Shown: positions 16,616 to 26,646 of the stretch, piece after piece
Layout of the letters: each line of letters begins with the position of its first letter
Numbering within the stretch: position 1 is the stretch's first letter
Virus record (IMG/VR): IMGVR_UViG_3300027188_000006
Span: 1 to 33,952 of that record
Source: a virus
Lineage: Duplodnaviria > Caudoviricetes
DNA length: 33,952 nucleotides
Direction: 5' to 3' (one strand)
Position numbers and translations under genes: made by a program
Notes under the pieces: generated by a model
What the model was told of the DNA's origin: nothing
Databases searched by the model: none
The model's input: the letters and a program-made list of their open reading frames with translations, nothing else

Positions 16616-17290
16616 TTAATTTACTTGAATTGTTATGGTATAGTCGATAATAATTGTTCTATTTGCTGATAGCAAAACAGGATGAAATGTAACGTGTGTT
16701 AGCATTGTTGTTTTTGATTCTTCCATCTCGCCATTGCTAGTCACCCCTGCCATAAGACCTATTTCATCAATTGTAAAAGCATTCAAACTTAGCATATCTG
16801 GTGAACTATCACTTTCGGGTAAATTTAAACTGGGATCAACTGACTTAACTGCGTTTTCATATGCAGTATGATTTACTTCAACTGAACATACAATCTTGGC
16901 AGTATTTGCTGGGACTGATTCATTACTATCCATCGCTTCACCTGCATAGTAAACTGTATTAATAGTCTCTTGTTCATATGATTTTGAATATAACGTTGAA
17001 TTACTTGAAGTTATAGGAAGTTGGTCATAGTTTCCAAAAACTCTAGGTGCACGATATTCTAATGTGGTAGTAGAATTACTGCCACCATTACCAAATGCCA
17101 TCCAATTTACAATAGGAGGGGCACCAGCAGAGTTAACACTAGTTGGTTTACCTGCTAGAGCACTAGCAAGAATATAAGCCATATTACCCGGGTGAATGGC
17201 GTTCTTTTTTTCTAGGAGTACCTTGCCAGTATCTTTATCATATATTTTAACTTTGCCAATTATCTGGGATGTTACATCATCATTAAACAT
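16616..17290 (-). CDS. Putative baseplate/virion structural protein
   Basis: 224 aa; GKVKIYD..KKNAIH, MAFGNGG, FTIDEIGL, THVTFHPV..SANR..IDYTITI; position downstream of baseplate genes. Confidence 0.65.
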   Translation of the reverse strand: MFNDDVTSQIIGKVKIYDKDTGKVLLEKKNAIHPGNMAYILASALAGKPTSVNSAGAPPIVNWMAFGNGGSNSTTTLEYRAPRVFGNYDQLPITSSNSTLYSKSYEQETINTVYYAGEAMDSNESVPANTAKIVCSVEVNHTAYENAVKSVDPSLNLPESDSSPDMLSLNAFTIDEIGLMAGVTSNGEMEESKTTMLTHVTFHPVLLSANRTIIIDYTITIQVN

Positions 17291-17324
17291 TTCGGTCTCT
17301 CTTCTTTATTATATCAGAACTTAA

Positions 17325-17336
17325 AGTATTTATCAT
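17325..17336 (-). promoter_or_regulatory. Putative late promoter ATGATAAATACT
   Basis: Intergenic 12-mer identical to 31383-31394, both upstream of structural genes. Confidence 0.65.
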
Positions 17337-17352
17337 TTTAGTTATATAGGTA

Positions 17353-20300
17353 TTATATTTTGTGCTTATCTGCTTGTTCCGCCATAAACTGTATTGTTTC
17401 GATGGTTGATACTATATGCACAGTATCACCAACTTGAATATCTAGGCTTGTACCGTTAAATAATCCACGTTCATTGATTTGTAATACACTTCCATCTTTT
17501 TTGTTGTAATGCATAAACTCTAATTTTTTGTCAGTATTTTCAACTATAATTAGATGTACAGTATTTGCAGCAGCATATCTAAACTTTGTTTCATCTGCAA
17601 TCTCAATATTTCTATAACCGTGTTCATTTGTTACTGCAACAACTGTATCAGTATCAACACTATGCATAAAGTGACCGCGTCCAAGTCTATCATACACTAT
17701 AAATGAACGCTTGTCAATCACAGCAGAACCTATACCGCCAACAATACTTGAATCATAATCATCCACTCTTACAATTGCAGACTCTAAAACTCTACTATCT
17801 ACAAAGCCAGTATCGATACCACCTTTGTCTGCTGTAACTTCGTATGGATGACGTAATAATGCACCTTGCTCGTATCTACCATCAGATATATTTGGATGCT
17901 CATCATCTGGTGCAATACCACCATCATATGTATTATAATTGTATCTACTATAATCACCACCTAAATCAATTTTTAAATTCATATGGTGTAAAGTGTCTAC
18001 ATCAGTGTTAACAGTTTCACTTAACGGATAAATTCTATCAGTGTTTCTAAGTTTAACATGATATGGTTTTGCTTCCATAACATATTCAATAGTATCAGTG
18101 AATGTATCATGCTGATATATTGCATATTGTCTTAATGGTTTGTTCATTAAAATTAAGTCAATATAACTTGTTTTGAACAACCACTCAGGATGTTCTTTTT
18201 CAGTATACATATATGATAACATATCAAAAAATAGGTCTTTGATAACTTTATTTTCCGAGTATGAGAACAACATATTAATAAATTCGTGTACTTGTACATT
18301 TATAACATTTGTATAATATGTTGCAATCTCATCAGAATTTCCTGTCTGACCGGGCATTACAATATTATTAAAATCTACATTTAGTGAACCATTAATCTTG
18401 TTAACCATAGTAATTTCTTCAGGCGAACCATAACCAAAGTAAACTTCTTCATACTCAGGGTTTACTACTCCAAAAGAACGTATACCAGAATTAAACATAC
18501 TAATCATATCAATATCTCTAGTATTACTTAGGTATTCAAATTGAGTTATTTCTTTGTAATCTGGATGTTTATACCAATTAATTGAATTGAAAATGTAGTG
18601 GTTTAATTTAATGTAATCCCCATAGAAGGGGTATTCTGTTTCTAGTAACGTAGTGTTCAATCTTGTGTTGACAATTGATGCGAAGTTACTTCTAGCATTC
18701 GTTAGATTGCTATACCAAGAATTAGATATCGTGCCCACTTTATAAACTCTAATAACATCACCTAATATAACATTAAAAGTGTTATTGATTCTCAATTCAG
18801 TACCGTTTAAACTAAAGTTTGTAAGTTCTAAGAACTCATTATTAACTGAAATTGCAAGATCATTTGGCGCAAGGTCAAGTAAGAAATCAATTGAAAGTAA
18901 CACACCATCGTTGTCTAAATCTGGATAATCAATTATAATTTGTTTTAAATTTTCAATTTTAGAATCTGCAATGCTATTTTTAAAATCTTCCAAATATTCA
19001 GACATTATAGGCTTTGTAGATTCACGTGATAACAGTTCCCAGTCATTGTGACTATCTTGATTGTTTGACGCAATACTATATTCAGTTGTTACTGTTATTA
19101 CGTCATTTTTTGTAAGTTTGTTATAATTAATAATTATAGTATTATTATCAATTGGTATAAATTTGTTTTTAATTTGACCAGTCTCAATAATCATTTTAAT
19201 TTCATCAGTGCTGAATTCTTTTTCATATCTAGGCAATGTACCAATTGAAGTCCAATAATAAAATGTTGTTACTTCTTTATTCTTAACTGGATCCCATTCT
19301 CTTTCTTGATTAAACCAAGTAATACCTACAGGAAGTCTATCGTTCTTAACCCATTGCTTGACATCAACTACAGAACCATCAACAATTTTACCCCAGTTAC
19401 GCATTGCATAATCAACTAATATATTACCATTTGCATCACCATAATCATTGTATCTATAAAAACGTGTGTTAGTGGTATCCCACCAAATTTCACCTAAATG
19501 TTCTTCTAACCATAGATCATTACTTAGATATTCATCATACTTAGAAGGATCATTCCAATCTACGTAGTCAATATCTTTCATGACATTACCAGGTAATTTT
19601 AAGTTTAATGGATCATACAGTGTATAAATTGTATGGTCGTCACCGTCAGATGTAATAACTCTTTTAACATTGCTAACATCTACTTCATTTGCTTTTCTAT
19701 TAATAATCTCAAGATTGCCAACCGCGGTTCTATTCAGAACTGCCCAATCATTGATTCCAGGATATTCGTCTACCCATATTTTACTTTGAGAATTCAATCC
19801 CAAATCATTGTAGAATTCGTCAAACGTTGCGCCGTTATATCCTGGAGTAAATCTAACTGATTTCCATCTCATAACTTTAAAGTTTGCGTTACTTGTAACA
19901 CTAGTGTATTCTGTATAAAAACCTATCTTGTCTAACAAAACTTGGTTCGTTCCTGCGAAAGATAACAACAATGCGGGACTTGTAATAATAAAACGTCCAT
20001 CTGATGATATACTTGCTGTTAACGTAGATGATTGTTGATTAATTATGTCTCTAAATGTAAGCAATGATGAATTTGCTAAACCCGCGGTCAAATACTCGCC
20101 TTCGGATATTCCCAAATCATCAAGTGGGTTACCATTTGTATTAGCAATAGTTACCTTAAATTCATCACCTGATATTAATAATTTATCAACAAACGCTCTA
20201 CTGGCAGTTAGATTGGTTTCAAGTGATAATGTAGCATTTATGTCATCAACAATATTATCTAACATATTAGAGGTTATCGTATTAGAGTTAAATCCTAGGC

Positions 20301-23300
20301 GCACCATTGATCCAGTATTAGACGGATCCGATACTACTAGAGTAGAACCCGCGGAAATTATTTTTAGTTTACCTGTTTCAACTGTTGCACTAACATCTGG
20401 TATACTCAAGTCATTTATTTGTTGTGCGATACTTGTCGAAGTTGGATCTAATTCTGATTGATATGTAGTAGCAGGGAAACCAAACAAACTAAATTCACTA
20501 CCGCCAAGAGTCATCGTAGGTAATAACGTGGATATAACCAATTTGCCAGAAACAATACTAGCATTGACATCATTCTGTAAATTTATCTGTTCCGCTAAAT
20601 TGCCTAATTTAGTTTCTGTATATGATGATGTAGTGATTAAACCCAACTCTATTGCAGTCTGTCCTTGTATTACAAGTGATGGTTCTGATGTTGTTATAAC
20701 AAGATGATTTGATATGGCTTGCGCTGTGACATTTACAGGAGATGCATTGATAGTATCTACTATATCAGTTAATGTTATTGTAGAACCACTATAAGTGAAT
20801 GCTATAGTTTGTCCATTAATTTGAATAGATTTAGTTTCATCAAACGTAGGTGACGCTACAGTGCCAACTATTTCAATATCCTGTATTGTATAACTTGATG
20901 CAGCAGATGATCCTACTTGAACAGTCAATTCAGAATTTGAACTTATGCTATCAGATGTGGTGAGGGTTGAAGTTGCTTCGATATCACCATTGTCTATTGC
21001 TTCTATAACAAGTGTAACATCATTAATAGTAATACTATCATCAACGTTTGAAGTAACATTATTATCTGCAAGTATACTATTTCCAGAAAATGTTATTAAT
21101 GTATTTGTATTTTTTATAATATCATTTTGGTCGTAAACAACAATAGATATCTGCTCACCAGGTGTTACAATTGGATCGGATGTTGCGCTTGCTCCACCAA
21201 TTGTTATACCAGTATTACCACTAGTAGCATCCTCTACATATGTATAACTATTACCGTCAATGACTAAGACTTCGCCTTCAATAATCGGTGCATTTGAGTT
21301 TAAACTAATTGCTTCAACCCCAGCATTATCGCTTGTAGGGACAAATATACTATTCTGAGAAGATGTATCAATTTCAACAGTAACTGGTTCAAAATCAGTA
21401 TCAAATACTAGATACTTATAAACAGTTATACCGTCTAATAATTCTGTACCGTCTTCTACAAAGTTATAATATCCGTTTAATACTGGATCAATTTCGTCAT
21501 TGATTATTCGCAAATAAACAGATTCCACTGTATCAATCTCTGATGTAACAACGATGTATAATTGAGAATCTTGAGTTTCACCAACATAAGATATTTCAGA
21601 TATTTCACTAAGTTTTCTTACATCCCAATCTCTAAGATTATCGAATTGTATCCAAGCCAAGTCACCTTCATAGTAATTTTCACTTACTGTTGTTTCTAAT
21701 ATTGTTGAGTTTCTAACAATGTAATTCACATCTTTACTATCTACATACCCAGTAGTTTTTATAGGTGTAGTTCTTCTAGTTGTTTTGTAATCAAATAAAC
21801 TTTGGTTATCATATGTAATAGAGTATGGATCACGGTATATTAATTTGGTATTAATAGTTTTACTAACTGATACATCTCTATTTAAATTTCCATACTTTCC
21901 TAATTTGAATGCCCATACATCATTTGAACTTACCTCACTGAAATTAGAATTATTATTAACAATATTATTTAAACTACCAGGTGTACCCTTATTACTAATA
22001 AAGCCTTTGTAAAATTCTAATTGAGATTCACGTTCCATTAAATGATTTGATAGATATGCACGTGGCGTAAATCCTATATGGCTTGCCTTAATTAGGTTAA
22101 CGTTTGATAAACTTTGATCTATGATAGTGTCTCTATGGAACTTAGTATCAGCAACCATTGTCTCAAAGTTTGGTATTAATGTATTTTGATATATTATATA
22201 ACCATCTGCACTTAGTGTACCATCCCAGTCACTAGTTCTATTACAATCAATAATCATGCGTAAGTTTCTATTATGCGCTATTGGATTATATATAACATCT
22301 CCATAAGTGTCAACTCGGTCAACAACATAAGCGTGTTCGACATCAACAATATCAATTTTCATTCCATAAACTGGGATAGTTGATTCCCACATTATTGCAT
22401 CACCATCTGAATAGAATGTTATCGCTGTATTGGGTATTTGTTTACCAGCACTATCAAGCACTCTATAGAAATTCTTATTTGTTTCACGTTGGACGCTTGC
22501 AACACCGTATGGTGCAGAGAAACGACCAGATAGTAAAATTGGAGTTAAGGTAATAAATTCACCAATATCATGTTTTTCTGCACTCCAATCAAGGAATTTA
22601 ATTAATAAGTTTTCAAAGTCTACATTTTCGCCCAATTCATTGGTATCTGTAAAGCTCCATCCCACTGCATTTAAATAATCTTGGTAACCAATCAATAGTT
22701 GTGCAATTTCATCAAGTGAATATAAAACATCACCATAATTATGTGTACGAATTTGATCTGGTAGAGTGTCATCGTAACCTTTCGCAGTTACTTGATTAAC
22801 TCTAGGCCACGATACTAAACGCTTCCAGTAATCATTGAGATCATCATTGAACGCAGCAGAACCCGTATGATCCGCAAGAGATACATATGGTACACCGTCA
22901 TAAACTGTGTAAGAATCTAGCGTATAAAATGAACCTGCAAGCCAATCATTAATAACTGCCTCGTCGCCCAATGTACTCCATGATTTGAATGGTGAAGTTG
23001 TATCCCAATTCATAGTATAAAATTGAGGATTGAATTCATCAAATCCATTAATTCTATACCCATAATTTTTAACTTGTGGTTGCGCTACCAATGTCCATCC
23101 ACTATAATCAAAATTAATCACAGAAGAAGTTTCTTTATCTGTTGGTTGGGTTATCTTTCTTTTATAATATCTTTTATCAGATGTATTATATACGATATCT
23201 CCCTGACGATAAGATGCTATATCTGCTAAACTATAGTTTGGATACAATGTATCCATTGAGACTTTTTCTATCACAATAGCACTAAAACTTTCACTACGAT

Positions 23301-26300
23301 TTGGTTCACCAGTATGTATGAATAAATCATAATTATCTCTTGGTATTTCAGTATACCTAGAATTAGATAATGTTGAATTCTCACTACTCAATTTAAAGTT
23401 ATTAACAAAGCCACCTAATTTAGATCCCAACTTAAATTCATAACCATCTTGTTCGTTTTTAATAGTGTCAGTATCAACGCCTTCTACTTTGTGGTATATT
23501 TTAATAATATCGTTTAATTCACTTGAATATAAATCAATAATCTCAAATGGCTTAGTAATCATTGATAATAAAAATTCAATGAACGGATATTCACTACTAC
23601 GTCTCCATGCCTGTTCAACAGGCGAGCCATCACCAAATTCCCAATCTTGATCCAATGATGTTATATCAGCAGGTATTAATTGAGAATTAAAGAATAAATC
23701 ATTGATATTTTTTAAATTACCAAGACTATCTACTGGGATTGGCCATGTTGTAGAATAAGTTGTCTTTAACATATCCCAAAAGTCTGGATCTGAATATCTC
23801 AGTGTATTTGTTTCAAATCCATCAGGAATAATACTATATCCGACAGTGACCCAGGGTTCTATCAGTGGAGTTTCTGTACCATATGCATATTGGAATATAC
23901 CTCTCCAATAGCCCGGTGCTGCATCATTACTTGCACGATAATTCCAAGTCTTGTAGTCTTCGACATCAAAATCAGTATTATAAAGATTGTCGATATTGTT
24001 TCGCAGCATCCACTTCTTAAAGAATGGATACATTGTAAACTTTTTCTCATTCAATGAATACTCAGTTGTACTATCTCTATACATACCATATTTTATATTA
24101 CTCAGAGAGGTATTTGTAGTATTTTTTTCTATGCGATTATATACTAATTTTTCAAATAATAATATAATTTCATCCGTTCTGTCACCCCATGCAAGCATCT
24201 TAGAACCATCATGTCCTACAATCATTACTTGTGGTGTATCAAATTCTTGGTCAACTATATATCCAGGATTATAAACATTAGAGATACCAAGTTTTGTGGC
24301 ACTAGGTGGAATAAATGTTTCTTGTATTAATTTAAAATATCTAACTTCAATAACATCGCCCGCTGCAATTACAGTATTATCAAATGAAATCTCAATACCA
24401 TTGATTATATTAACATCTGTTGCAAGTATGCCGTTAACATACACTGATACATTTTCATTTTCTACTATTTCAGTAGACACACTATTAGGTATAAATTGTG
24501 TCGCTGAGCCAGGAATAACTGGATCAATATTTGCAGTTATATAGTGAGTTGGAAAACTACCGAAATTTATCATGCGGCTACCAGTGAATACACTGATATT
24601 TTCTCTCTTAATAAGTGCAATCTGTGCAATTGCTTCATTAAGAATAAAATCATCAGACTTGGATTCACTTGCAGCATCAGATAGAATTTCTTGCACGGTT
24701 GTTATTAATTTATTTTTATAATTATTATATGATACTGAAAGATATTCAACCGCAGCGAATGGGTTATAATCATCACGTGTGATTGAAAAATAAGCATTCT
24801 TAATATCAATAGAGTTACGAACCATAACAGAACCGTACTTATTGTTACGCATTTTATCTGTATTATCGCCAATATTACGGTAATTATTCACACCGTTTGA
24901 ATTTCCAGTTAGGCCTATTGTCGTTGATAACTGTCGAGCCATATGTTCATACATTGTAGAAAATGTAAAGTTTGTATTATAGTGAAATAAGTTATCTGGA
25001 TTATACTCAAGTGATGGATCAATACGTTGCCAAGCACCATCGCCATCAACGAAAACATTATTTTTTGTAGTAAAGTCAACATAGACATAACCTGTTACAG
25101 GCTCATTAAACGTAATAGTATTAGAACTGTAGACATAGTTACCTATTTGTTTAATACCATCTACATATACATCTATTGTTTCAGAAGATTTAGGTTCTTG
25201 TAATAACTCTAGTTGTAAGTGTGTTGCAGTTCCATATTCATGTCGTAAATTTCTATAATCAAATTCAGATTTGATATAAAGTTTATGATATGCGTCACCG
25301 GATTTAAAACTAACAGTGTCAGGCATATCAATATTAAATGTAAACTCACTAGCATAATCACCAGATGTTAATAATGCACGAATTGATAAGAACATATCTA
25401 TCACGCTATCTTCATCTTCTACATAATGAAATATCTTATAATCATTTAAATAATTTAATTCATCGTCATAAATTTTAAACGTTGGTACATACCATGCGTC
25501 TGCATTACTACTCGTATCACTTAATTCTAAACTCTTATCAAACTCAATAATTGGTCGTTTTGCTTGCTCAACATAAGACTTACTATCATCAGTGATATAC
25601 ATCCGAATGTCATCATAATGGAACCAAGAATTTCTATCACTCCACCAATTAGTTTTAGTTGCCCTATCAGTATTTTTATCAATTGTTATGTAATGTGTAT
25701 CGTTACTATTTCCTAAATTGAATACAAATTCTTCACCATCATATAGTTCCCAGTCAGGCGTGCTATCTTGTGAATTGCTTCTGTATTCTATTAAACTTAG
25801 TAATCCAATTGATGTATCTGAAAATCTCAGTGCATAAGGGTTAACATCAATATTCCATCTATCGTAGATGGTATCTTTAAGAACAAAAGTTTCATTTCCT
25901 TGTAGTAATGTTATTCGCAATTCATTTGTATTAACATATGTATCACCCAATGTAGGAGATATAGGTCTTTGGTCTGTTGCAATAAATGTTGATGCGCCAG
26001 GATCGTCAGAACCAACACGTGCCCACCCTTCAATACTATCCTTTTTCCAATAAACTAGACTTGACTGTTTTATTACAATAGCATAATCGCCATCCTCGCC
26101 AAATGAAGAACTGGGCAAATACTCGCCTAATAGATATTGAGAATTACTTTTAAGTACATATGGCTTTTGTTTAATCCAACCTGATAATCCCACCTCATAT
26201 TCTTTAAATTCATATAATGCATACTCGCTAGTAAATCCATTATCTACCCAATAATATAATTCCCAATTAATAAACTTATCGATATCGATTGGTAAGTTAA

Positions 26301-26643
26301 TGGTGTATGTATCTGATTTAAATAATCTTCTGTGGTCATTTGTAAGCGCGCCTTTATTATACAGTGAGTTTAATAAATCGTCATAAAATATATTGTCTCC
26401 TATACTAGTATTTGAAAATACTGGTTCAAAACCATAATTGTCTCGTTGGAAGAGATGTTCAGGAAATGATACATATGAATCTGTTTCACTGTATACGCCT
26501 TTTTCTTTTCTACCAATAAAAGCTTTTGTTTTTTCTATACTGCCCTTAGAAAATGCTCTTTCTAATGTAGAGTCAAAAATTGTTTCCAATTCTTTATTCT
26601 GTAAGTGCGCTGGTAAGAGATTATAAATTTTATTATTTGCCAT
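17353..26643 (-). CDS. Giant virion structural protein (baseplate wedge/fibre-associated), 3096 aa
   Basis: Uninterrupted 9.3-kb ORF directly after the gp6-like gene; contains Ig-like beta segments, CBM-like motifs, five internal repeats and a C-terminal EYVMEAKPYHVKLR motif. Confidence 0.75.
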   Translation of the reverse strand: MANNKIYNLLPAHLQNKELETIFDSTLERAFSKGSIEKTKAFIGRKEKGVYSETDSYVSFPEHLFQRDNYGFEPVFSNTSIGDNIFYDDLLNSLYNKGALTNDHRRLFKSDTYTINLPIDIDKFINWELYYWVDNGFTSEYALYEFKEYEVGLSGWIKQKPYVLKSNSQYLLGEYLPSSSFGEDGDYAIVIKQSSLVYWKKDSIEGWARVGSDDPGASTFIATDQRPISPTLGDTYVNTNELRITLLQGNETFVLKDTIYDRWNIDVNPYALRFSDTSIGLLSLIEYRSNSQDSTPDWELYDGEEFVFNLGNSNDTHYITIDKNTDRATKTNWWSDRNSWFHYDDIRMYITDDSKSYVEQAKRPIIEFDKSLELSDTSSNADAWYVPTFKIYDDELNYLNDYKIFHYVEDEDSVIDMFLSIRALLTSGDYASEFTFNIDMPDTVSFKSGDAYHKLYIKSEFDYRNLRHEYGTATHLQLELLQEPKSSETIDVYVDGIKQIGNYVYSSNTITFNEPVTGYVYVDFTTKNNVFVDGDGAWQRIDPSLEYNPDNLFHYNTNFTFSTMYEHMARQLSTTIGLTGNSNGVNNYRNIGDNTDKMRNNKYGSVMVRNSIDIKNAYFSITRDDYNPFAAVEYLSVSYNNYKNKLITTVQEILSDAASESKSDDFILNEAIAQIALIKRENISVFTGSRMINFGSFPTHYITANIDPVIPGSATQFIPNSVSTEIVENENVSVYVNGILATDVNIINGIEISFDNTVIAAGDVIEVRYFKLIQETFIPPSATKLGISNVYNPGYIVDQEFDTPQVMIVGHDGSKMLAWGDRTDEIILLFEKLVYNRIEKNTTNTSLSNIKYGMYRDSTTEYSLNEKKFTMYPFFKKWMLRNNIDNLYNTDFDVEDYKTWNYRASNDAAPGYWRGIFQYAYGTETPLIEPWVTVGYSIIPDGFETNTLRYSDPDFWDMLKTTYSTTWPIPVDSLGNLKNINDLFFNSQLIPADITSLDQDWEFGDGSPVEQAWRRSSEYPFIEFLLSMITKPFEIIDLYSSELNDIIKIYHKVEGVDTDTIKNEQDGYEFKLGSKLGGFVNNFKLSSENSTLSNSRYTEIPRDNYDLFIHTGEPNRSESFSAIVIEKVSMDTLYPNYSLADIASYRQGDIVYNTSDKRYYKRKITQPTDKETSSVINFDYSGWTLVAQPQVKNYGYRINGFDEFNPQFYTMNWDTTSPFKSWSTLGDEAVINDWLAGSFYTLDSYTVYDGVPYVSLADHTGSAAFNDDLNDYWKRLVSWPRVNQVTAKGYDDTLPDQIRTHNYGDVLYSLDEIAQLLIGYQDYLNAVGWSFTDTNELGENVDFENLLIKFLDWSAEKHDIGEFITLTPILLSGRFSAPYGVASVQRETNKNFYRVLDSAGKQIPNTAITFYSDGDAIMWESTIPVYGMKIDIVDVEHAYVVDRVDTYGDVIYNPIAHNRNLRMIIDCNRTSDWDGTLSADGYIIYQNTLIPNFETMVADTKFHRDTIIDQSLSNVNLIKASHIGFTPRAYLSNHLMERESQLEFYKGFISNKGTPGSLNNIVNNNSNFSEVSSNDVWAFKLGKYGNLNRDVSVSKTINTKLIYRDPYSITYDNQSLFDYKTTRRTTPIKTTGYVDSKDVNYIVRNSTILETTVSENYYEGDLAWIQFDNLRDWDVRKLSEISEISYVGETQDSQLYIVVTSEIDTVESVYLRIINDEIDPVLNGYYNFVEDGTELLDGITVYKYLVFDTDFEPVTVEIDTSSQNSIFVPTSDNAGVEAISLNSNAPIIEGEVLVIDGNSYTYVEDATSGNTGITIGGASATSDPIVTPGEQISIVVYDQNDIIKNTNTLITFSGNSILADNNVTSNVDDSITINDVTLVIEAIDNGDIEATSTLTTSDSISSNSELTVQVGSSAASSYTIQDIEIVGTVASPTFDETKSIQINGQTIAFTYSGSTITLTDIVDTINASPVNVTAQAISNHLVITTSEPSLVIQGQTAIELGLITTSSYTETKLGNLAEQINLQNDVNASIVSGKLVISTLLPTMTLGGSEFSLFGFPATTYQSELDPTSTSIAQQINDLSIPDVSATVETGKLKIISAGSTLVVSDPSNTGSMVRLGFNSNTITSNMLDNIVDDINATLSLETNLTASRAFVDKLLISGDEFKVTIANTNGNPLDDLGISEGEYLTAGLANSSLLTFRDIINQQSSTLTASISSDGRFIITSPALLLSFAGTNQVLLDKIGFYTEYTSVTSNANFKVMRWKSVRFTPGYNGATFDEFYNDLGLNSQSKIWVDEYPGINDWAVLNRTAVGNLEIINRKANEVDVSNVKRVITSDGDDHTIYTLYDPLNLKLPGNVMKDIDYVDWNDPSKYDEYLSNDLWLEEHLGEIWWDTTNTRFYRYNDYGDANGNILVDYAMRNWGKIVDGSVVDVKQWVKNDRLPVGITWFNQEREWDPVKNKEVTTFYYWTSIGTLPRYEKEFSTDEIKMIIETGQIKNKFIPIDNNTIIINYNKLTKNDVITVTTEYSIASNNQDSHNDWELLSRESTKPIMSEYLEDFKNSIADSKIENLKQIIIDYPDLDNDGVLLSIDFLLDLAPNDLAISVNNEFLELTNFSLNGTELRINNTFNVILGDVIRVYKVGTISNSWYSNLTNARSNFASIVNTRLNTTLLETEYPFYGDYIKLNHYIFNSINWYKHPDYKEITQFEYLSNTRDIDMISMFNSGIRSFGVVNPEYEEVYFGYGSPEEITMVNKINGSLNVDFNNIVMPGQTGNSDEIATYYTNVINVQVHEFINMLFSYSENKVIKDLFFDMLSYMYTEKEHPEWLFKTSYIDLILMNKPLRQYAIYQHDTFTDTIEYVMEAKPYHVKLRNTDRIYPLSETVNTDVDTLHHMNLKIDLGGDYSRYNYNTYDGGIAPDDEHPNISDGRYEQGALLRHPYEVTADKGGIDTGFVDSRVLESAIVRVDDYDSSIVGGIGSAVIDKRSFIVYDRLGRGHFMHSVDTDTVVAVTNEHGYRNIEIADETKFRYAAANTVHLIIVENTDKKLEFMHYNKKDGSVLQINERGLFNGTSLDIQVGDTVHIVSTIETIQFMAEQADKHKI

Positions 26644-26646
26644 TTT

